Assembly (NCBI GenBank): GCA_963710425.1
Contig: CAVQAR010000024.1
Coordinates: 85,935 to 149,934, forward strand
Source of the DNA: an uncultured delta proteobacterium
Lineage (GTDB): Bacteria; Desulfobacterota; Binatia; Binatales; Binataceae
Direction: 5' to 3'
DNA: 64,000 nucleotides
Below the pieces are notes generated by a model that did no database searches, was not told the origin of the DNA, and saw only the letters and a list, made by a program, of their open reading frames with translations. Below are positions 40,552 through 48,821 of this stretch, in pieces (position 1 is the first letter of the stretch; the number at the start of each line of letters is the position of its first letter). The position numbers and the translations under genes were made by a program.

Positions 40552-42258
40552 TTATGCTTGCGCCATTGGGCCGCGCAGTAACTTGCCGGGCAACGCTCCT
40601 GTATGTTCGTTCTTGCGCAGGACGACCTGGCCGTTGACTACTGTCGCGAGAAGTCCGTCGGACTTCTGCTTCAGCCGTCGCGCGCCTGCCGGCAGGTCAT
40701 AGGTCAGTTCCGGCAACTGCGGATTGATCTTGTCTGCATCGAAAATGATAACGTCGGCGAAATTGCCTTCGCGCAGAAGTCCGCGTCCCTTCAGGCCCCA
40801 GTGATACGCGGGGACAAAGCTGAGCATCCGGATTGCCTGCTCGAGAGTTAGCGCTTCCTTTTCCCGCACCCAATGACTTAGCACGTGGGTTTGCAACGAT
40901 GAGTCCATGATCTGCGAGACGTGCGCGCCCGAATCCGAGAACGTCACGACGGAGCGCGGATGTTTCATCATTTCGAGCACGTGATCCTGATTCTCGTTGA
41001 CCAGTGTCTGCAGGAAGAATTTTTTGAGATTTTTTTCCAGCGCGAGATCGATCATCACATCGACAGGATCTTTGTTCTCAGCCGCCGCGATCTCGGCTAT
41101 CGATCGATACGGCGGTGTTGGCCGGTCGAGCGGGAAGATCCAGTTGTAGTTCGCGCCGCGCGCTTCCGCACCTACCGCGCGCTCCTCGCTGCGCGATCGC
41201 TCATTTGCGGCTTGCACCAGCTTGCGACGGATATCCGGATTGCGGAGCGTGGCTTCCTGTTCTGCCAGCGGCAGTTTGCGAATCTCGCGCCACGCCGGAA
41301 TTCGATCGAACGGCATGTTGGTTTGGAACGACAGCAACACGTTGAGTGAACGGCTGTGGACCTGTACGAACATGCGACCACCGGCTGCGGCAGTCTGGTC
41401 GGCGGTCTCGAAATATCGACGCCAATAATTCGGCGCCCGGCGCGAGCTGAACATCCCAAATGTTACCGGCACTGAGCTCTCGACGGCGAGCGCCTTCAGC
41501 CGGCCAAGGTAGTCGTCGAGGCGCGTACCCTCGGCACCGGTGTCTTCACCGGCTATCTCGAAAATACCGGCGCCCAACTCGCCCATCACTCCGACCAGTT
41601 GCCGCACTTCGTTCCAGTTGGCGATTCTGCTCGCTACCGGCCGGCCGTCCGGCGTCTGATGATTGCTCGTGCGCGAAGTAGTGAACCCGATCGCGCCGGC
41701 GCGGATGCCGTCGCGCAATTCGTCGCGCATGAGCTGAAGGTCTTCGGTGGTCGCTTCTTCGTCGAAAGCGCGCTCACCCATCACGTAGGTGCGCAGCGCC
41801 GAGTGCCCCATGTACGCGGCGTAGTTGATTCCCTTAGGCAGGCGATCGACGGCGTCCAGATATTGCGCAAAGGTGGTCCAGGACCATTTGATTCCCGCCT
41901 GCATCGCTTCCGGGGAGATATCTTCGGCGCGTTCCAGGTTTCGCATGACGAGCAACTTGTCCTTCTCACCGCACGGCGCGAGCGAGAATCCGCAGTTGCC
42001 CATCACCACTGACGTGACGCCGTGCCAGCACGAGCAGGTGCCGAGCGCGTCCCAGAAAACCTGGGCGTCCATGTGCGTGTGCGCGTCGACGAGGCCGGGC
42101 GATACGATGTGGCCGTCGGCGTCGATCGTCTCGCGCGCGCTGGCGCGAATTTTCCCGATTGCGGCGATCTTGCCGCCTTCAATTCCGACGTCGCCCTTGT
42201 AGCGCGGCATCCCGCTTCCATCGACGATCGTGCCGTTACGGATTATCAGGTCGTACAT
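40552..42258 (-). CDS. N-acyl-D-amino-acid deacylase (D-aminoacylase) family amidohydrolase
   Basis: MYDLIIRNGTIVDGSG...GKIAAIG...SPGLVDAHTHMD. 568 aa. Confidence 0.85.
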   Translation of the reverse strand: MYDLIIRNGTIVDGSGMPRYKGDVGIEGGKIAAIGKIRASARETIDADGHIVSPGLVDAHTHMDAQVFWDALGTCSCWHGVTSVVMGNCGFSLAPCGEKDKLLVMRNLERAEDISPEAMQAGIKWSWTTFAQYLDAVDRLPKGINYAAYMGHSALRTYVMGERAFDEEATTEDLQLMRDELRDGIRAGAIGFTTSRTSNHQTPDGRPVASRIANWNEVRQLVGVMGELGAGIFEIAGEDTGAEGTRLDDYLGRLKALAVESSVPVTFGMFSSRRAPNYWRRYFETADQTAAAGGRMFVQVHSRSLNVLLSFQTNMPFDRIPAWREIRKLPLAEQEATLRNPDIRRKLVQAANERSRSEERAVGAEARGANYNWIFPLDRPTPPYRSIAEIAAAENKDPVDVMIDLALEKNLKKFFLQTLVNENQDHVLEMMKHPRSVVTFSDSGAHVSQIMDSSLQTHVLSHWVREKEALTLEQAIRMLSFVPAYHWGLKGRGLLREGNFADVIIFDADKINPQLPELTYDLPAGARRLKQKSDGLLATVVNGQVVLRKNEHTGALPGKLLRGPMAQA

Positions 42259-42279
42259 GGTGCGCTCCTTTTCGGGTCC

Positions 42280-43173
42280 TTAGGCTAAAGACTTGCCCTC
42301 GACATGTTGGGCGGCGGGATAGTTTATAGCGGCTTCGATGACGGGGTCACCGGCGATACGACTGTGCCACATCACGCGAGGCTCGGTCATGTCCCATGGC
42401 ATGCCTCTATGCAGCAGGCATCGATTGTCCCACACGACTGCGTCGCCGGGGGTCCAGTTGTGGTGATAGGTGCGCGGCGGTCGGCATGCGAAGTCCACTA
42501 ACTCTTGCAGGAGCCGCTCGGAGTCGGCCGGATCCATGTTCGGAATGTTATGAGCGTGGCGACCTATCACGAGCGACTTTCTGCCAGTTTCAGGATGGAC
42601 CTTCACCAACGGGCGCAATGGAACTGGACCGTCGTGGAAGCCGTAGCCGCTATACGCGCTGCCCGCCTTCGGCTGATGCCCAAGCTTCGACTGGCTGTAG
42701 TAGAGCGAGTGGTATGCCGCGAGCCGATCGACCTTTGCGCGGAGATTTTCGTCAAGAGCATCGTAGGCGGCGCGCATGTCGGCCCATCCGGTCGCGCCGC
42801 CGACGTTCGGCACAATCTCAGCGGTGAAGACCGCGCCCTTGGCCTGCACCGGCATGTAAGTGCTATCGCAATGCCAACCCATGTTGCCCTTGAGCACTTT
42901 CAGGATGTCGTTGTCCGGGTCAACGATGAGCGTACCGTCGGCATTCACGTTGCTGAGCGCTGCCAGGTTGAACTCGAGCGGTCCGAATCGCTTGGCGAAG
43001 GCAACCTGCTCGTCGCGAGTGAGATGCTGATCGGGAAAAATGAGCAGCGCGTACTCGAGCCAGGTGGCGTAGAGGTCGTGCCACGTGGCGTCGTCGAGTG
43101 AGGCGAGCTTGATGCCCGTCACCACTGCGCCGAACGTCGCGTCGAGAGGTTTGATGTCAAAAGCGCGTGCCAT
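42280..43173 (-). CDS. TauD/TfdA-family Fe(II)/2-oxoglutarate dioxygenase
   Basis: 297 aa. WHCDSTY (HxD) and a distal His in the C-terminal region. FPDQHLTRDEQVAFAKRFG. Confidence 0.8.
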   Translation of the reverse strand: MARAFDIKPLDATFGAVVTGIKLASLDDATWHDLYATWLEYALLIFPDQHLTRDEQVAFAKRFGPLEFNLAALSNVNADGTLIVDPDNDILKVLKGNMGWHCDSTYMPVQAKGAVFTAEIVPNVGGATGWADMRAAYDALDENLRAKVDRLAAYHSLYYSQSKLGHQPKAGSAYSGYGFHDGPVPLRPLVKVHPETGRKSLVIGRHAHNIPNMDPADSERLLQELVDFACRPPRTYHHNWTPGDAVVWDNRCLLHRGMPWDMTEPRVMWHSRIAGDPVIEAAINYPAAQHVEGKSLA

Positions 43174-43310
43174 GCGGGCCTCCGATCGATCTCAAATCGC
43201 TCAAGCGCCCGCACAGAGGCTATCGAACCTGTCGTCGAGTCGTCAAACCGATGCTGAGTGCGGTAGTTCCCTAATTCGAAGAATCGCGCCCTCATAGCGA
43301 GAGCAGGCCT

Positions 43311-43634
43311 TCATGCTGCGCTTTTCCGCGGTCTGATGTCGCGCTGGATCTGCTCTTCGAGTTCGCGGCGCGCGATGCGCAGGTCGTAAGTAGCCTGTAG
43401 ATTGATCCAGAATTCCGCGCTCATTCCGAAATAGTGGCCGAGACGGAGCGCGGTATCGGCACTGATCGAGCGCTCGCCTTCGACGATCGCATTGATTCGG
43501 CTAGCAGGCACGCGCAGCTCGATGGCGAGCTGATTCATGCTCATGTCGAGCGGCTTCAGGAACTCCTCCAGTAGAATCTCGCCCGGATGAATCGGCGGTA
43601 GTCTTTTTTCGTGCGCCATGTGATTACGCCTCAT
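43311..43634 (-). CDS. higA: HigA-family antitoxin (XRE HTH)
   Basis: IHPGEILLEEFLKPLDMSMNQLAIELRVPASRINAIVEGERSISADTALRLGHYFGMSAEFWINLQ. The start overlaps the higB stop (ATGA). Confidence 0.9.
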   Translation of the reverse strand: MRRNHMAHEKRLPPIHPGEILLEEFLKPLDMSMNQLAIELRVPASRINAIVEGERSISADTALRLGHYFGMSAEFWINLQATYDLRIARRELEEQIQRDIRPRKSAA

Positions 43635-43912
43635 TGGTAGTGTTTGGTGATCTCAACGTCGTGCGCATCGCTTTCACGCCAGACGAAGCAGACGCGATAT
43701 TGATCGTTAACCCTGATGCTATGCTGCCCGGCTCGCGCACCCTTTAGTGACTCCAAACGATTACTCGGAACCGCACTCAGATCGCTCAGGCCGCGCGCCG
43801 CGTCGAGCATCAGCAGTTTACGCCGCGCGACCGAATGGGCTGCTTGAAAGGGCTTCGATGGAAGATCGTCGAATACCCGTTTTGTGTCCGCGCCGCGAAA
43901 GCTCTTAATCAC
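43631..43912 (-). CDS. higB: HigB-like toxin (RelE/ParE superfamily, plasmid maintenance killer)
   Basis: 93 aa. MIKSFRGADTKRVFDD...SIRVNDQYRVCFVWRESDAHDVEITKHY. Confidence 0.85.
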   Translation of the reverse strand: MIKSFRGADTKRVFDDLPSKPFQAAHSVARRKLLMLDAARGLSDLSAVPSNRLESLKGARAGQHSIRVNDQYRVCFVWRESDAHDVEITKHYQ

Positions 43913-44061
43913 TTAATATGAAAAACTACCACGCCGTGCGGTGCACGTCAAACGGGGTATTTCATTAGGCGCATGGTTCAGACGCAGTTGGCTCCTTGAT
44001 TGAAAAAAATTCGTTCGGAACTAGCGTGATTCTTGAACGATCGGTATGCGGAGGGCAGCGT

Positions 44062-44650
44062 ATAGAACTCCGACCATTTGGCAGGACCGGGATTCAGATC
44101 TCCGCCGTCGGCTTTGGATGCTGGGAGATTGGCGGCGGCTAGGGCAGTATCGAGGAATCCGAGTTCATCAAGGCGGTTAATCGCGCTCGATCTTGGAATC
44201 AACTGCTGCGATACGGCCGAGCGTATGGGTTCGGTGCCTCCGGAAAAATTGCTGGCGAAAGCGCTCGGCTCGCGGCGCAAGGAAGCTATTATCACGACCA
44301 AGTTCGGCGTCGCCTACCCCGACGCTCCCAACTATCGCGAGAGCACGCGCAAGCGCGTCGCCTGAGTCGAATCGAGAAGGGCCTCCAGGTGCTCAACACC
44401 GGCTACGTTGACGTCTATCTGATACACTGGCCTGAGCGGACTACTTCGTTCGAAGAGCCGATGCAGGCGCTCGACGAGCTGGTGAAGCAAGGGAATGTGA
44501 GAGCGGTCGGCTTGTCAAACTTCAAGCTGATCGAGATCGAACGATGTGCGTGGATGCCGGCGATTGGCGCAACGATCCGAAGAGCACGATCAAAGCAGCT
44601 AACGATCCGGCTTTGTCGGTTTACCGCAAATTCCTGTGCGGCGACGGCGA
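44062..44650 (+). pseudogene. Aldo/keto reductase remnant: start codon lost, nonsense codon, indels, 3' truncation
   Basis: GGAGGG-6nt-ATA where an ATG is expected, then ELRPFGRTGIQISAVGFGCWEIGGG-TAG(44140)-GSIEE. The conserved LDLGINCCDTAE, AIITTKFG and VDVYLIHWP...VRAVGLSNF blocks are in shifting frames. Only about 200 of an expected ~320 aa remain before the converging LLM gene. Confidence 0.8.
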
Positions 44651-44665
44651 TACCTCGAAGTGAAC

Positions 44666-45673
44666 CTAGGACAGGCGCGGAAGGACCTTGTCGGTGAAGA
44701 GGGTGAACGACTCGTGGCTCAAAGGCGCGCACAACAAATATTCGAGCGGCATTTCCTCGCGCAAGCGTAGCAACTGATCGGTCACGGCGTCGGGAGTGCC
44801 ATATACGATCACGCCATTGAGGTAACGTTCGGCGGGGTCTCGGCTCGATTCGGCCATCTTCGGATCGATTCCCTTTAGCTTCGAGACATCGGCATCCTGT
44901 GGATGGGCATAGGAGCCGACGACCCATCGCGCGCCGCGCCGCGCGACTTCTTCCGCCTCGCGAGGAGTGTTAGCAATCGCGACAAACCTCGCGATGGGAA
45001 TCTCGCGTCCGGCAGTCGACCAGCCGGCGGCCTCGAGTAGCGTGCGATACAACTCTCGCTTGCGCGCTATTTCGCGATGCGATGAGTGCGGATCCATCAG
45101 GATTGTGAAGCCTTTCGCTGCCGCGCGTCTTATCGCTTCTTCCGAAGAAGCCGCCAGCCAGACCGGAGGATGAGGTTTCTGCCGCGGCTTGGGCAGAACC
45201 TCGATGTCGGAAAAATTGTAGTAGCGTCCTTCGTGCGTGAGCCGCTCGTTACTCCAGGCCTTCAGCACGATTTCGACTGACTCATGGAAACGCTCAGCAC
45301 TTTCTTCTGGTGTAACCCCGAATGCGCGGAACTCAGTCCTATCGAAGCCACGTCCCGCGCCCCAGTTCACGCGTCCGCCCGAAAAGATGTCGAGTAGCGC
45401 GACCTCTTCGGCCAGCCGCAGCGGATGATAAAACGCGGCGAGCGAGACCGCCGTTCCGATCCGCAGCCGCCGCGTGCGGGCGGCAACCTGCAGACCCATC
45501 ATGTGCACCGACGGACATACGCTGAACGAGTGGAAGTGATGCTCGGCGAGCCACACGGCGTCGTAGCCGGAGCTTTCCATTATTTCGATTCGCTGGAGCG
45601 CGCGCTCGTACACTGTCTCGATGGCGACGCGCCGCTCGGGCCAGCTGAAGAATTGAAGGACGCCTGCTTTCAT
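44666..45673 (-). CDS. LLM-class (luciferase-like) flavin-dependent oxidoreductase
   Basis: YDAVWLAEHHFHSFSVCPS...LRIGTAVSLAAFYHPLRLAEEVALLD. Intact 335 aa. Confidence 0.85.
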   Translation of the reverse strand: MKAGVLQFFSWPERRVAIETVYERALQRIEIMESSGYDAVWLAEHHFHSFSVCPSVHMMGLQVAARTRRLRIGTAVSLAAFYHPLRLAEEVALLDIFSGGRVNWGAGRGFDRTEFRAFGVTPEESAERFHESVEIVLKAWSNERLTHEGRYYNFSDIEVLPKPRQKPHPPVWLAASSEEAIRRAAAKGFTILMDPHSSHREIARKRELYRTLLEAAGWSTAGREIPIARFVAIANTPREAEEVARRGARWVVGSYAHPQDADVSKLKGIDPKMAESSRDPAERYLNGVIVYGTPDAVTDQLLRLREEMPLEYLLCAPLSHESFTLFTDKVLPRLS

Positions 45674-45728
45674 CGCTTTGCGGCTATCTCATTCCTGGAC
45701 TCTGTGCGAGCGCTCGCTGCTCGATGCG

Positions 45729-46921
45729 TCAGACCGGGTCGAGGCCGTCGAAGAGTGGAATTCCGAACGCGCTCTTGCCGAGAAATTCGAGCGTCTCGTC
45801 GCTGTCGAAAGGATGGTAGAGGCCGGCGCGAACGTCGCGGAACAGCCGTTCGAGCGGCAGCCGCTTGAAATACGACGACCCGCCGACGGCGCGAAGCGCC
45901 AGGTCCACCACGCGAACTGAATTCTCGACCGCGATCATCCGCGCGGCGACGGCCTTGCGCGACCAGCTCGCGGGATCGTCGGCGTCCATTTCCGCAGCCG
46001 CTTTCCACATCGCGGCGCGCGCACCTTCGATCAGCAAGTCCATCTCGCCGACTTTGTTGTAAACGGCCGGCAGATGACTCATCGGATTTTTGAGCGGGAA
46101 GCGCGTGCCGCTCGCGCATGAACTCGACCGTGAAATCGCGCGCGGACACGGCGATTCCGATGTACGGCGCGCCGATTGTGAATGGCGCCTTCGCAAACAC
46201 TTTCGTGATGCGTCCGCTCTTGGAGACCCGGCGCTGCAGCACCACGTCTGCGTCGGGCACGAACGCGTCCTTCAACTCGGAGCTGCGCGACGCGGTCGCC
46301 CGCATCCCCATCACATGCCAGTCGTCCTTGAAATTGAGGCCCGGTGTATCGCGCGGAGAAATGAAGCAGGTGATTATGGTGGGCCCGTGCGGTCCGTCTT
46401 CGCAGGTCGCCTCGAAAAAGAAGTGATCGATTGCCACACTCTGGGTGCCGAATATCTTGCGCCCGTTGACCAGCCATCCGCCATCGACCGGGCGCGCCTG
46501 CGTGCGCGGCCGCAGCGCGATGATCGCGTTGTCGGGCTCCGAGCCGGACCCGCCGCATATCAGGCTGCTCGGCCGCTATTCGGCGCAGCTTCTGCTCGAC
46601 ATTCGGTGCTTTGAACTTGCGATGCAAATCGACCAACAGCCCGACGGTGTTGAAGTGCATGTTGATCGCAAGCGCGGTCGCGCCGCATCCTTGCGCCAGA
46701 CGTTCCTGCGCCTTGATTCGCTCGAGCATCGTGGCGCCCAGTCCGCCGAGGCTCTCGGGAATGATCAGCCGCGTGTAGCCGCTCTCCTTCAGCCGTTCGT
46801 AGTTTTCGAACGGAAACGATCCCTCCTCGTCGTGGATGGCGGCGCGCTTGGCGAAGTCGTCGGCCATTTCGCCCGCCATATCGATGAAGCGCTGCTCACG
46901 CGCGGTATGAAGCTGATTCAT
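45729..46921 (-). CDS. Acyl-CoA dehydrogenase family protein, about two frame changes (near 46560 and 46110)
   Basis: The three ORFs 46079..46987, 45670..46437 and 45729..46196 carry consecutive ACAD-like segments (IIPESLGGLGAT; GSGSEPDNAI; GGSSYFKRLPLERLFRDVRAG). Confidence 0.75.
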
Positions 46922-46937
46922 TGGCTTGGCCCCGCCC

Positions 46938-47859
46938 TCAATCGTGTGCTGCCATGCCGGGAATCCACGCGTCGTAACCCGGCGCATAGTTGATGTTGCT
47001 CTGCGACGGATTGCGATTGACCAGCGGTCTCATGAAAAGCGGATGCCGCATGCTGCGCACCTCGTGCTCGATGGTGAACAGGGTCTCGCCGGTTTCAGGA
47101 TCGGCGAGGTCCTTGAATCGATACTGATGCTGATCGCTTTCCTCCGAGATGAGTCCCTTGTCGAGCAACTTCGGCGTACGGGCCAGAAAAATCCGCGACG
47201 TAAATCTGGATGTGATGGCCATCGTAGGGAGGGATCTCACGGTCGGTCTCGCGGAACATCAGATACTGTCCGATGCCTACTTCGACTCGCGCCACTCGAA
47301 TGCTTCCGTCGTCGTCCTTTGCGCTTTTGCCGGCGCCCTCTCCGCGCTGCAGCCTTGGCGCCCATCACGTTGCGGTAGAACCGCGCGATCCCGTCGGCGG
47401 TACCTTTCGGCACGTCGAATTCGACGTAAGCGATTCCTAACGTGATTCGGCCGAAGCGTTCATCGGGCGCGTAGCATCGGATGCGATTTCCCCACGGACA
47501 GGTGGCCTCGACGAACTCCTCGTGCTCGATGAAATCGAAGCGCGTCCCTTCGAGCCGTTTGCGAGTTCGTTCGAGCCGGCGAACCAGCGCCTCGCGATTG
47601 GGCACCACGATGCCGGTGTGACCGCGGAGAACCTGCGGCCGGGCTGGTCGGCAGATGGAACTGGCTGCGGCCGACGTTGACCCACATGTTGGTTGGCCCG
47701 GTCATTAGATAGGGATCGCGCGTCAGGCCTAGACCCGCGATGTAGAAAATGGTCGCCTGCTGCTGATCAGGGAACAGTTACGTTGACGTGTTCCAGCGCG
47801 ACGATGTTGCCGAGGTCTTCGACAGTTCGATTGAATCGACGCTCCATGGGAGCCTCCAT
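46938..47859 (-). CDS. VOC/glyoxalase-like protein of unknown function, at least four frame changes
   Basis: Consecutive segments (LEHVNVTVP; DQQQATIFYIAGLGLTRDPYLMTGPTNMWVNVGRSQFHLP; GITLGIAYVEFDVP; HHIQIYVADFSGPY; FTIEHEVRSMRHPLF) are each in a different frame. Confidence 0.5.
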
Positions 47860-48048
47860 CCGCGTGTTGGACCGGCATAAGCCGGTGCCTGCGAGACCCG
47901 AGACTACAATATTTGCGGCCCGAAGCGTTATTGGTTGCGATGGATATCAAGGATCGCCGAACGCGCGTATACCGCCGCGTCGTGGACAATGGCTAACAGG
48001 CGGACGGATTTAGCGCTTCGGAGCAGCGCTTCGGAAGTGCGGAAGATT

Positions 48049-48088
48049 GGGAGCACCCGCGGGCGGGGTGGTGCCCGCAGATGCTCCC
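48049..48088 (-). terminator. GC-rich hairpin (gggagca...tgctccc with an inner gcgggc/gcccgc stem) 8 nt downstream of the cupredoxin stop
   Basis: Inverted repeat read directly. No clear U-tract. Confidence 0.35.
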
Positions 48089-48095
48089 GGGCGAA

Positions 48096-48647
48096 TCACT
48101 TCACGTCCACTTCCATCCGCATCCATGGATGGATGCAGCACTCGAACAGATGTTTTCCCTTTGACAAGCCAGTGATATCGAGATGGCTGCCCTGAAGAAT
48201 TCGGGTCTTGGCCACCGCGACGCTGCCAAAGCCGCCACTGCATTCCGGAATGACGGTCGTCGCGGCGCCGGGATTAAGCGGCGGTACGAATCCGTTACCG
48301 AATGCTTTCACTTCGGTAAAGGTGTGAACCTCACCGCCCTGGTTGACTACGGAAACGACGGTCCCCGGATTGATCGTTAGCGTGTCGGGTTCGTAATCCC
48401 AGCCCGGATCGGGGGTTCCAGCTTCCGCCCCTGCAACTAGATTGCCCAGCATGGTGCTGAATCCACTCGCAACGTTCTTGCATTCGTCAGCGCCCAGTGC
48501 AGCGTTGAACGTGGTCGGATCGCATTCGTCCAATGCCACAACTTGGGCGATGCCCGGCGAGTTTCGATTTCCCTGCGCACTCGCATGTGTTGCGCCGGCT
48601 AAAATCGCGCATCCAGCCAGCAGACTTAGTATCGCTACCTTTTTCAT
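48096..48647 (-). CDS. Secreted cupredoxin (type 1 copper, amicyanin-like ligand loop)
   Basis: Signal peptide MKKVAILSLLAGCAILAGATHASA. GEVHTF (His ligand) and CCIHPWM, which matches the C-x2-H-x2-M loop. Confidence 0.7.
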   Translation of the reverse strand: MKKVAILSLLAGCAILAGATHASAQGNRNSPGIAQVVALDECDPTTFNAALGADECKNVASGFSTMLGNLVAGAEAGTPDPGWDYEPDTLTINPGTVVSVVNQGGEVHTFTEVKAFGNGFVPPLNPGAATTVIPECSGGFGSVAVAKTRILQGSHLDITGLSKGKHLFECCIHPWMRMEVDVK

Positions 48648-48821
48648 TCCTGCTTCCTCCGTTTGAAGCGAATCATTCGCTGTCGGCGCCCATCTTCAGG
48701 CATCCTGAGTCGCTGGCCAATGGACCAAGGCTGAACTTCTCCTGAACTCTCGCTGAACTCGTTGAAGCAAACGCGGCTATGCGCTCGCCCACGGCGCGAG
48801 TAGAATCGGCGACCGGAACCA

